Shown here: positions 23,893 to 31,987 of the stretch, piece after piece
Position numbering within the stretch: position 1 is the first letter of the stretch
Layout of the letters: each line of letters begins with the position of its first letter
Origin: Bacteroidales bacterium
Lineage (GTDB): Bacteria > Bacteroidota > Bacteroidia > Bacteroidales > VadinHA17
Length of the DNA: 49,132 nucleotides
Assembly: GCA_031396165.1 (NCBI GenBank)
Contig: JANNKF010000170.1
Coordinates: 1-49,132 of the forward strand
Direction of reading: 5' to 3'
The notes under the pieces: generated by a model
Told to the model about the DNA's origin: nothing
The model's input: the letters and a program-made list of their open reading frames with translations, nothing else
Databases searched by the model: none
Program-made: the position numbers and the translations under genes

Positions 23893-24861
23893 ATGAATTA
23901 CCTGGCCCTACTTCTTTTAATAACTCTTACCGGATGCAATGCAAATGCCCAAAATTCGGGAAATCCTGTCATGCAAGGATGGTATGCCGATCCTGAAGCT
24001 GTAATATTGAATTATAAATACTGGATATTCCCAACATATTCTGCCCCATATGAAAAACAGGTTTTTCTTGATGCTTTCTCTTCGGAAGATCTTATTAGCT
24101 GGCAGAAACATGTAAATATAATTGACACAGCAGATATAAAATGGGCAAAAAAGGCGATTTGGGCTCCCTCTGTTATTGAAAATGATGGGAGGTTTTTCCT
24201 TTTTTTCGGAGCTAACGATATTCAGTCTGACAATGAAAAAGGAGGTATTGGAGTGGCCGTATCTGATTCTCCCGGAGGACCTTACAAGGACTTCCTGGGC
24301 AAACCTCTGATCGACAGATTCTTTAACGGTGCCCAGCCTATTGATCAATTTGCCTTCAGAGATTCGGATGGAAAATATTATCTTATTTATGGTGGCTGGA
24401 GACACTGTAACATTGTTAAACTAAAAGACGACTTTTCGGGTCTGGAGCCAACTAATGGTTCACTTTTTCATGAGATTACACCTGAAGGATACGTTGAGGG
24501 GCCATTCATGTTCATCAGAAACGGGAAATACTACTTTATGTGGTCGGAAGGTGGCTGGACCGGACCAGATTATAGCGTAGCGTATGCAATTTCAGATTCA
24601 CCATACGGACCATTTAAAAGAGTTGGAAAAATTCTGAAACAGGATCCTGCAATCGCCACCGGAGCCGGTCATCATTCAGTTATAAATATACCGGGGACAG
24701 ATATTTATTACATTGTTTATCACCGGCGTCCGCTTAACCAGACGGACAGGAATGCAAGGATTGTCTGTATCGACAAAATGGAATTCGATTCCGAAGGGTT
24801 CATTTTACCTGTGATAATCACAAATTCCGGTGTTGCCCGGCAAAAGTTAAAAAACAAATAA
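23893..24861 (+). CDS. Glycoside hydrolase family 43 (beta-xylosidase/alpha-L-arabinofuranosidase-like), secreted
   Basis: 322-aa ORF with a signal peptide. GH43 blocks NPVMQGWYADPEAVI, IWAPSVIENDGRFFLFF and VEGPFMFIRNGKYYFMWSEGG. Confidence 0.9.
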   Translation: MNYLALLLLITLTGCNANAQNSGNPVMQGWYADPEAVILNYKYWIFPTYSAPYEKQVFLDAFSSEDLISWQKHVNIIDTADIKWAKKAIWAPSVIENDGRFFLFFGANDIQSDNEKGGIGVAVSDSPGGPYKDFLGKPLIDRFFNGAQPIDQFAFRDSDGKYYLIYGGWRHCNIVKLKDDFSGLEPTNGSLFHEITPEGYVEGPFMFIRNGKYYFMWSEGGWTGPDYSVAYAISDSPYGPFKRVGKILKQDPAIATGAGHHSVINIPGTDIYYIVYHRRPLNQTDRNARIVCIDKMEFDSEGFILPVIITNSGVARQKLKNK

Positions 24862-24941
24862 CCTGAATGTATAAAATAAAAAAATGGTCAGTATCACTTG
24901 CAGATACTGACCATTTCTTTGAATTTCAATTTCTCATTGCA

Positions 24942-25532
24942 TTATTTTGCAGGAGCAGGTGTTGCAACCGGCTTTATCTGTTTCGATTTAATAAACTTTT
25001 TCTGTTCTTCTGTAAGCAATTTAAGAACAGCTTCCTTATGAGAATCCCTCAGAACCTGCATTTTAGCAGCCGTCTCTTCCCTTAGTTTTTTCATCTCTTC
25101 CTGTTGCTTAAGACGCAGATCTGCAATATCTTTCTTCTGTTTCTCAGTAACGTTTGGAAGACTTTCGTTAATCAGTCTCTCCGGCTGCATCGGACCCATT
25201 GGTCTCATATCCCTCATGGGACGCATCCCGTTGCCATTCATTGACATATGTCCCATTCCACCTCTCATACCTGATCCATTGCCCCGACCCATGCTTCTTC
25301 CCATTCCCATACCCGGACCCATATTCAACATCATATTCTGATGCATCTTTCTCATCATTACAGAATCAGGTCCACTGCCTTTCTGCATCATGCCAGAACC
25401 GGGACCCATTTTCATCCTGTTCATCCTGGTTGAATCCATATTACCTCTCATTCCGCGCTGTGCAACAAGAGTTACACCCGATAATAACAGGATCATTAAT
25501 ATAAGTCCTGTTAATTTTACTGTTGTTTTCAT
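24942..25532 (-). CDS. Periplasmic Met/Gly-rich protein with LTxxQ-type (Spy/CpxP-like) C-terminal repeats
   Basis: 196-aa ORF with signal peptide MKTTVKLTGLILMILLLSGVTLVAQ. A ~90-aa Met/Gly-rich tract includes MGPGMGMGRSMGRGNGSGMRGGMGHMSMNGNGMRPMRDMRPMGPM. This is followed by VTEKQKKDI and LLTEEQKKFI motifs. Confidence 0.55.
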   Translation of the reverse strand: MKTTVKLTGLILMILLLSGVTLVAQRGMRGNMDSTRMNRMKMGPGSGMMQKGSGPDSVMMRKMHQNMMLNMGPGMGMGRSMGRGNGSGMRGGMGHMSMNGNGMRPMRDMRPMGPMQPERLINESLPNVTEKQKKDIADLRLKQQEEMKKLREETAAKMQVLRDSHKEAVLKLLTEEQKKFIKSKQIKPVATPAPAK

Positions 25533-25679
25533 GATTATCGTTTTAATTTATTTCGTTTTTACTCAGGCTGGAATGAAGTTGTGCACCTTTCTAATCCGTC
25601 TGTTTAACCAATAGACAATCATGTGCCGGAAAATATTCAATTAATAGAAGACATTAACACAGGATTAACAGAGTCAAAT

Positions 25680-25707
25680 AAAAAAGGCCCCTTCCGGAGC
25701 CTTTTTG
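25680..25707 (-). terminator. Terminator-like hairpin downstream of 25734-26249
   Basis: AAAAAGGC (25681-25688) pairs with GCCTTTTT (25699-25706) around a 10-nt loop. The A-tract and T-tract flanks give a bidirectional look. Confidence 0.5.
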
Positions 25708-25733
25708 AAGAACAATTTTTATAGCTTCAATAC

Positions 25734-26249
25734 TTATTTTTTATCATATACTCTTTTGGTTGTAGTTTCAGCACCATCCTGATTTGGTCTGGTTGATGTA
25801 ACTGTAAGAGTTTTTGCATCAGTAAGAGTCCAAACTTCAGTTGTTTTGATTGTCCTTTCACCAAATGTACTTGAAGTAACAATTGTAAGAGCTTTGCCGT
25901 CAGCTGACCATGTAGCTGTTGATTTGCTTTCGCCTCTCTGTGTTGTGTTCACAGTTTCTTTACCGTCAAGAGTGTACTTTGTGGTAGTAGTTGTTGCAGT
26001 ACCATCCTGTCCGGTTCTTGTTCTTGTAACACTAAGAAGGTTTGCTTCCTGAGTAGCTGTAAAGTCGCCGCCACCCATTCTGCCACCGCCGCCACCCTGA
26101 CCACCTGCAGGAGCCGGAGTACTTTTTTCTACATTGGTAACCCAGCTGCCTGCGAAGTTGGTTTTGCCAGCCTGTGCATTAATCATTACAGGCGCAATAA
26201 GTGCCAGAACGATTGTCATTGATAAAAATCTCATAAAACTTTTTTTCAT
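25734..26249 (-). CDS. Hypothetical secreted protein with Gly-run and Thr-rich beta-strand repeats
   Basis: The track ORF begins at a TTG (26288). The ATG at 26249 gives MKKSFMRFLSMTIVLALIAPVMINAQA, a signal peptide. It contains GGQGGGGGRMGGGD and alternating T-rich strands. No family recognised. Confidence 0.65.
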   Translation of the reverse strand: MKKSFMRFLSMTIVLALIAPVMINAQAGKTNFAGSWVTNVEKSTPAPAGGQGGGGGRMGGGDFTATQEANLLSVTRTRTGQDGTATTTTTKYTLDGKETVNTTQRGESKSTATWSADGKALTIVTSSTFGERTIKTTEVWTLTDAKTLTVTSTRPNQDGAETTTKRVYDKK

Positions 26250-26438
26250 ATTAAAGGAATTTAAGTGAGTTGATTTTGTATTAGACAACTAATCTAAGTT
26301 AATTATTCCGGATATTTCAAAAAAAATACGGTATATGCTTCACAACATATAATTCTTATCTTGAAAGGGAGTGCGTAGATTGAATAAAATTTTTAATGAG
26401 TATAGGGAATCGCCAATAAGTTTTCAGCAGCTACAGGT

Positions 26439-26606
26439 AGATCCTTCACTGTCGCTCAGGATGACAGGGCGTGGTGGGGGTACATAAGGGAAAGAAGTGC
26501 CGGTTCGATGAAAATCTTAAGTAGGGGATTTAATTTTTACGAACCGGCACTTCTTTCCCCGTAATGACCCCAATTATCTGTCATCCTGAGCGGTAGCGAA
26601 GGATCT
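26439..26606. repeat. 168-bp long palindromic element (family F6)
   Basis: Outer arms 26439-26467 AGATCCTTCACTGTCGCTCAGGATGACAG and 26578-26606 CTGTCATCCTGAGCGGTAGCGAAGGATCT are about 25/29 complementary. Inner arms 26488-26507 GGGAAAGAAGTGCCGGTTCG and 26540-26559 CGAACCGGCACTTCTTTCCC are a perfect 20 bp. Confidence 0.85.
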
Positions 26607-26729
26607 CCAAGGCTTAGCAGGAAATTCATGTATTTCCCGGAGTTCAAAAATGTTGGGTTGAGACATATTTATATAAGTTTCCCGATACTCTAATATTTTT
26701 AATTAACTTTTGCGTTTAAATATGGTACT

Positions 26730-28892
26730 ATGGACAGGAGAAAATTTATAAAGACCAGCACTGTTGCAGCAGGAGCATATGTAATAATTGAACCATCAAT
26801 GTTTTCCGGAATTGTGAATCCTGAAGAGGAAACATGGTTCAGTAAACCAATGAGATGGGCACAACTAACACTTGTTGAAAACGATCCGGGAAAATTTGAT
26901 CCTGACTTCTGGCTCAATTATTTTAAGAAAATTCATGCCGATGGAACAACTCTCAGCGCCGGTGGCATAGTAGCATATTACCCGACAAATATCCCTCTGC
27001 ACCACAGAAGTAACTGGCTCGGTACAAGTGATCCTTTCGGATACCTGGTAGAAGGAAGCAGAAAATTGAATATGTCAATAATTGCGAGGACTGATCCCCA
27101 TGCTGTTCGTCAGGATGTTTTTGATGCCCATCCCGACTGGATTTCAGTTACAGCTGAGGGCGAAAAAAGACGACACTGGGCGAATAAAGAACTGTGGGTA
27201 ACCTGTGCCTTTGGTCCATATAATTTTGAGTTTATGAGTCTGGTGCATAAAGAGATAATGCAACGTTATCTGCCAGATGGAATCTTTTCTAACAGGTGGG
27301 CTGGTCATGGCATTTGTTACTGTGAACATTGCACCAAAAATTTCAAAGTCTTTTCAGGTCTTGATCTGCCGAAAAGCAGTGCCCGTTCTGACAAATCGTA
27401 TCAGAAATACATGGAATGGAGCACAAACCGGTTAAAAGAGCTTTGGCTCCTGTGGGATGACATTATAAGGAAAGAGAAGCCCACATCGAGGTTTATTCCA
27501 AATGGATTTCCTGATAAAGTAATAACCGGCCAATTGTCTGATATAGTTTTCACTGACCATCAGGCAAGGAGCGGAAATACATTGCCATGGTCGAACGGAA
27601 AGGGGGCCAAGGAGTTACGTGCTTCAATAGGGATGAAACCCCTTGGAGGGATTTTCAGTGTCGGCGTGGAGGAACAATATAGGTGGAAGGATTCCGTGCA
27701 GACTGAAGCAGAAATCAGGATCTGGGTGGCTGAAGGCACTGCAAACGGGATGCGTCCATGGTTCACAAAGTTTTCAGGAGTTTTGTACGATAAACGGTGG
27801 CTCGATATTGTCGATAAAATCTACCAGGTACATTACAGATGTGAGAGTTATCTGAGAAATATAGTGCCGATGGCTCGTGTAGGAATGGTATTTACAGAAC
27901 AAAACCGTAATTACGGAAGCGAATCGTGGCAACAGAGAAGCGGTGACCATGGTTCAGGAATGTATCATGCACTCATTGAGGCACGTATGCCATTTGAAAT
28001 GGTAAATGACCGCCTTCTCGATGATGAACATCTTAAACAGTTCAGCCTGCTGATTCTTCCGAATATTGCAACTCTTTCGAAGGAGCAGAACGACCAGATA
28101 AGAAAATTTGTCGCAGCCGGAGGGAATATTCTGGCAACTTTTGAAACATCCCTTTACGATGAAGAAGGCAGAAAAAGGGTCGATTTCGGACTTGCCGACA
28201 TATTCGGGGTTTCTTATGATAATGGTATTGAAGGACCACTCCAAAACAGCTATCTAAGGTTAAAGGAAGAGAAACCAGGTGGTAAATTTCATCCGGTTTT
28301 GAAAGATCTTGAAGATGCGTACAGGATAATCAATACGGTCAATAAAGTTAAGGTAATTCACCGGACCTCTTTCCCCGAGCCGGTAACCGTTATTCCATCA
28401 TATCCCGACCTCCCGATGGAAGATGTTTATCCCCGGGTACCGGAAACGGATGACCGTGGCCTCTTTCTCAGGGATACAGGAAATAGCCGGATTGCCTATT
28501 TCCCCGGAGATATTGACAGGACCTTCTGGCAGATAATGAGCAATGATCATGGGAAACTGCTCCGGAACACAATCAGATGGGCACTAAATGAAGAGCCACG
28601 TATCGAGGTAAAAGGACCAGGTGTACTTGATGTCACTTTATGGAGACAAAAGAATTCAATGACAGCCCATCTTGTGAACTTAACTAACCCGATGATGATG
28701 AAGGGACCATTCAGGGAATTGATTCCTGTTAATGCAGAAGTAAGTATTACTATTCCTCAGGGCACCAAAGCCACTGCTGTCCGCCTTCTTGTCAGCGATG
28801 TTAACCCTTCTTTCGAATTAAAAGAAAACAGGATTATACTAAATGTACCACAGATTTTTGACCATGAGATAATTGGAATAGATTTGGGATAA
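26730..28892 (+). CDS. Tat-signal putative glycosidase (GHL6-like TIM barrel plus GH42-type trimerisation/GATase1-like domain)
   Basis: 720-aa ORF with twin-arginine motif MDRRKFIKTSTVAAGAYV. The middle segment FSLLILPNIATLSKEQNDQIRKFVAAGGNILATFETSLYDEEG resembles the GH42 middle domain. The N-terminal family assignment is from memory only. Confidence 0.45.
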   Translation: MDRRKFIKTSTVAAGAYVIIEPSMFSGIVNPEEETWFSKPMRWAQLTLVENDPGKFDPDFWLNYFKKIHADGTTLSAGGIVAYYPTNIPLHHRSNWLGTSDPFGYLVEGSRKLNMSIIARTDPHAVRQDVFDAHPDWISVTAEGEKRRHWANKELWVTCAFGPYNFEFMSLVHKEIMQRYLPDGIFSNRWAGHGICYCEHCTKNFKVFSGLDLPKSSARSDKSYQKYMEWSTNRLKELWLLWDDIIRKEKPTSRFIPNGFPDKVITGQLSDIVFTDHQARSGNTLPWSNGKGAKELRASIGMKPLGGIFSVGVEEQYRWKDSVQTEAEIRIWVAEGTANGMRPWFTKFSGVLYDKRWLDIVDKIYQVHYRCESYLRNIVPMARVGMVFTEQNRNYGSESWQQRSGDHGSGMYHALIEARMPFEMVNDRLLDDEHLKQFSLLILPNIATLSKEQNDQIRKFVAAGGNILATFETSLYDEEGRKRVDFGLADIFGVSYDNGIEGPLQNSYLRLKEEKPGGKFHPVLKDLEDAYRIINTVNKVKVIHRTSFPEPVTVIPSYPDLPMEDVYPRVPETDDRGLFLRDTGNSRIAYFPGDIDRTFWQIMSNDHGKLLRNTIRWALNEEPRIEVKGPGVLDVTLWRQKNSMTAHLVNLTNPMMMKGPFRELIPVNAEVSITIPQGTKATAVRLLVSDVNPSFELKENRIILNVPQIFDHEIIGIDLG

Positions 28893-28900
28893 AATCAAAA

Positions 28901-29057
28901 AAGGCTATCGACAATTATTAATATTAATACTATTGGGCTTGAAAATCAATTATTTGCCCCGGCCCTAAAGGGAGTAATTGATTTTCTTCGCACCCTTTAG
29001 GGTAAGGGGCTAACGAAGAAAATCAATAGGGCTTTATGCTTAATTTGTAAACTTCTT
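28901..29057. mobile_element. Second, diverged copy of the F2 MITE-like element
   Basis: The core 28937-29039 aligns by eye with 338-441 at roughly 85 percent identity. Left-end homology (GGCTATCGACAATTATTA vs GACTATCGGCAATCATGA) is retained. The right TIR is degenerate and no TSD is visible. It has the same orientation as copy 1 and ends 26 nt before the ATG at 29083. Confidence 0.65.
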
Positions 29058-29082
29058 TACTTATGAACGAAACAAATATATT

Positions 29083-30372
29083 ATGGCAACTACCAGACGA
29101 AAATTCATTACAACATCCATTGCAGGAGGCTTGGCTGCAACGCTGCCCGGTAAAGCATTTATCCCGGATTCTCCATTTCATATAACCGATGAGGTAAGAG
29201 GGAAATATTCAAAACTCGATGAAATACTAAAGAAACCGGTATTCAAAAAGGAGTTTTTTTCAACTCCGGTGATAATTGATACCCTTGAACTGCTGCGATA
29301 TAAAAACAGCTTCATCTGCAGGGTCAGATCAAAAGACGGTGCCGAGGGGATCTCAGTCGGCCATAGTGGTCAGTTGAGAACCCTCTACCCCGTTTTCACA
29401 AATCTGCTTCAGCCATTTTTCATTAATAAGGATGCACGCGACCTGGATCTGTTGATTGAAAAGGTATATATCTATCAGCTCAACTTCAGGCTATCGGGAA
29501 TGGCTCTCGGGGTGCCGCTTGCCACAATCGAATTTGCAATACTGGACATGATGGGACGAATAGCGAAGAAAACCATCGGACAGCTGATCGGTGATATAAA
29601 TAATCCAAATGTTGCTGTTTACCAGGCAACCGAATACCGTGAAAAACCTGTTGCAGAATCTATGGAACTGATAAAGAGGGATGTAGCAGAATATAATGCC
29701 AAAGCTCTGAAAATCAAAGTTGGCGGACTAATGTTCGGTACTGCCGATATTAATGCAGTTGGTCCGGCTGGCAGGACAGAAACGATCATTCCACTGGTCA
29801 GGAAAACTTTCGGAGATGATATGGTTCTTTATGGCGACTCAAACGGATTCTATTCAGTACCGGAAGCAATCAGAGTAGGAAAAATACTTGAAGAGTATAA
29901 ATTTCAGTTTTTTGAAGAACCTGTAATGTTCGACTGGTACGAAGAAACAAAACAGGTTGCCGATGCACTTTCAATACCTGTTGCCGGGGGAGAACAGGAG
30001 TATAGTCTTCATGGATTCCGGTGGCTGATCGCCAATGATGGTGTGCAGATAGTACAGCCCGATTATTTCTATTTTGGAGGTATGATACGCGCAATGAGGG
30101 TTGCCATGATGGCAAACGCTTTTGGGAAAAAATGTACTCCGCATATGACGGGTGGTGATCTGGGATTTCTGTATATGATTCAATTAGTATCAGCATTACC
30201 AAATGCTTTACCTTACCATGAATTTAAAGGATTTAAAACTGATATTATTTATGAATGTAAAACTTCACCCCTGAAAAGCGAAAATGGCGTGGTAAAGGTG
30301 CCAACAGGTCCGGGTTCAGGTGTGGAAATTGACCCGGAATTTATAAGGAAATTCCAGACTGTTCAGGGATGA
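29083..30372 (+). CDS. Enolase-superfamily enzyme, mandelate-racemase subgroup (acid-sugar dehydratase-like), with Tat signal peptide
   Basis: 429-aa ORF with Tat motif MATTRRKFITTSIAGGLAATLPGKAF. Catalytic and metal-ligand pattern: KxK (ALKIKVGG), Asp (YGDSNG), Glu (FFEEP), Glu (GGEQE), and an Asp...His pair (IVQPDYF, CTPHMTGG). Confidence 0.8.
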   Translation: MATTRRKFITTSIAGGLAATLPGKAFIPDSPFHITDEVRGKYSKLDEILKKPVFKKEFFSTPVIIDTLELLRYKNSFICRVRSKDGAEGISVGHSGQLRTLYPVFTNLLQPFFINKDARDLDLLIEKVYIYQLNFRLSGMALGVPLATIEFAILDMMGRIAKKTIGQLIGDINNPNVAVYQATEYREKPVAESMELIKRDVAEYNAKALKIKVGGLMFGTADINAVGPAGRTETIIPLVRKTFGDDMVLYGDSNGFYSVPEAIRVGKILEEYKFQFFEEPVMFDWYEETKQVADALSIPVAGGEQEYSLHGFRWLIANDGVQIVQPDYFYFGGMIRAMRVAMMANAFGKKCTPHMTGGDLGFLYMIQLVSALPNALPYHEFKGFKTDIIYECKTSPLKSENGVVKVPTGPGSGVEIDPEFIRKFQTVQG

Positions 30373-30427
30373 CAGAAAGTTTTAATTAAATTGCAGCACT
30401 AAAGATTCAATAATTCATTTTACATAT

Positions 30428-31348
30428 ATGATTACTCTGGGAATTCAAAGTGCCATTCTGGGCGATCTCTCTTTTGACGAGCTCATAGATTTTGCATCTG
30501 ATAACGGATTCTCCTGTGTCGAAATGATGTGCTGGCCAAAGGGACAGGCTAACAGGAAATATGCAGGTGTAACTCATATTGATGTTGGCACACTTGATGA
30601 TAATGAGATCAGCAGGATCAATAATAAGCTTAAAGATAGAAATGTATATATCTCAGGACTAGGCTATTATCCCAATCCGCTTGATCCTGACAAAGAGAAA
30701 TCAGATTTCTATATCGCTCATATTAAAAAAGTTATCGATGCTGCAGCCAGGCTTAATATTGGTATAATGAATACTTTTATTGGTGCCGATTCATCAAAAC
30801 ATGACGATGAGAACTTTGATAAATTCAGGCAGATCTGGCCACCCATTATCAGGTATGCAGAGGAGAAAAATGTTAAAATAGGAATTGAAAACTGTCCTAT
30901 GTTTTTTACAAGGGATGAATGGCCTTCGGGGAACAACCTGGCACACTCACCTGCATTATGGAGGAGAATGTTTGAAGCAATTCCATCCAAAAACTTCGGA
31001 TTGAATTATGATCCCTCCCACCTAATATGGCAGATGATGGATTATGTAAAGCCAATTTTCGAATTCAGGGAAAGGATTTTCCATGTGCACATAAAGGATG
31101 CCAGGGTTCTGTGGGAAAGAATAAATGAAGTTGGAATACTGACAACTCCGCTTAATTACCATACTCCAAAACTCCCCGGATTGGGAGATATTAACTGGGG
31201 AAAATTCTTTTCAGCACTTTACGAGGTCGGTTTTAACGGCAGTGCCTGTATAGAGGTTGAAGATAAATCCTTTGAAGGATCGCTTGAAAACAGAAAAACA
31301 GCACTCCTTCAAAGCAGAAACTACCTTCGTCAGTTTATAACCAAATAA
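30428..31348 (+). CDS. Sugar phosphate isomerase/epimerase (xylose-isomerase-like TIM barrel), no signal peptide
   Basis: 306-aa ORF. Family-typical blocks GFSCVEMMCWP, KIGIENCPM, GLNYDPSHLIWQ, HVHIKD and ACIEVED. Confidence 0.8.
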   Translation: MITLGIQSAILGDLSFDELIDFASDNGFSCVEMMCWPKGQANRKYAGVTHIDVGTLDDNEISRINNKLKDRNVYISGLGYYPNPLDPDKEKSDFYIAHIKKVIDAAARLNIGIMNTFIGADSSKHDDENFDKFRQIWPPIIRYAEEKNVKIGIENCPMFFTRDEWPSGNNLAHSPALWRRMFEAIPSKNFGLNYDPSHLIWQMMDYVKPIFEFRERIFHVHIKDARVLWERINEVGILTTPLNYHTPKLPGLGDINWGKFFSALYEVGFNGSACIEVEDKSFEGSLENRKTALLQSRNYLRQFITK

Positions 31349-31383
31349 ATCAATAACCTTACAACACAATAACTAAATAACCA

Positions 31384-31983
31384 ATGAAAAAAACAATCCT
31401 TGCACTATCAGTAATTTTGATTTTTTCCAATTTCTCAGCACCACAGAAAAAAGAATCTCTTTTCAACGGAAAAGACCTAACCGGATGGAAGATCTACGGC
31501 ACAGAAAAATGGTACGTTGAAAATGGTCTTCTTGTTTGCGAAAGTGGTCCAGATAAGAAATACGGTTACCTGGCAACTGAGAAATTCTACAAAAACTTCG
31601 ACATTACAGTTGAATTTCTTCAGGAAGCCAACGGGAACAGCGGTCTCTTTTTCCGTTCAACAATTGAGGGAACAAAAATTGCAGGCTGGCAGTGTGAGGT
31701 GGCTCCGCAGGGAAATGACACAGGTGGTATTTATGAATCTTACGGAAGAGGCTGGCTCAAACAGATTGAAGAAGAAAAAGAGAATATTCTTAAACCTGAA
31801 GAATGGAATAAACTGCGTCTCCGGGTCGAAGGCGACAGAGTGCAGACCTGGCTTAATGGGCAGCCAATGGTTGATTTTGCAGATGAAAAAATCGGTAAAG
31901 CAAACGGTTCAATTGCTCTCCAGATCCACGATGGAGGAGGTATTAAAGTCAAATGGCGCAATCTAATTATTCAGGAGCTTTAG
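31384..31983 (+). CDS. DUF1080 (3-keto-disaccharide hydrolase-like, concanavalin-type) secreted protein
   Basis: 199-aa ORF with a Sec signal peptide. Typical DUF1080 blocks LFNGKDLTGWKIYG, WYVENGLLVC, NFDITVEF, NSGLFFRS and GSIALQIHDGGGIKVKWRNL. Confidence 0.85.
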   Translation: MKKTILALSVILIFSNFSAPQKKESLFNGKDLTGWKIYGTEKWYVENGLLVCESGPDKKYGYLATEKFYKNFDITVEFLQEANGNSGLFFRSTIEGTKIAGWQCEVAPQGNDTGGIYESYGRGWLKQIEEEKENILKPEEWNKLRLRVEGDRVQTWLNGQPMVDFADEKIGKANGSIALQIHDGGGIKVKWRNLIIQEL

Positions 31984-31987
31984 AAAG

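Noticed and set aside
26488-26559. tRNA-like GGTTCGA T-loop word
   Set aside because: It is part of a perfect 20-bp inverted repeat in the F6 palindrome. There is no acceptor stem, D-arm or anticodon arm. I found no tRNA anywhere in the window.
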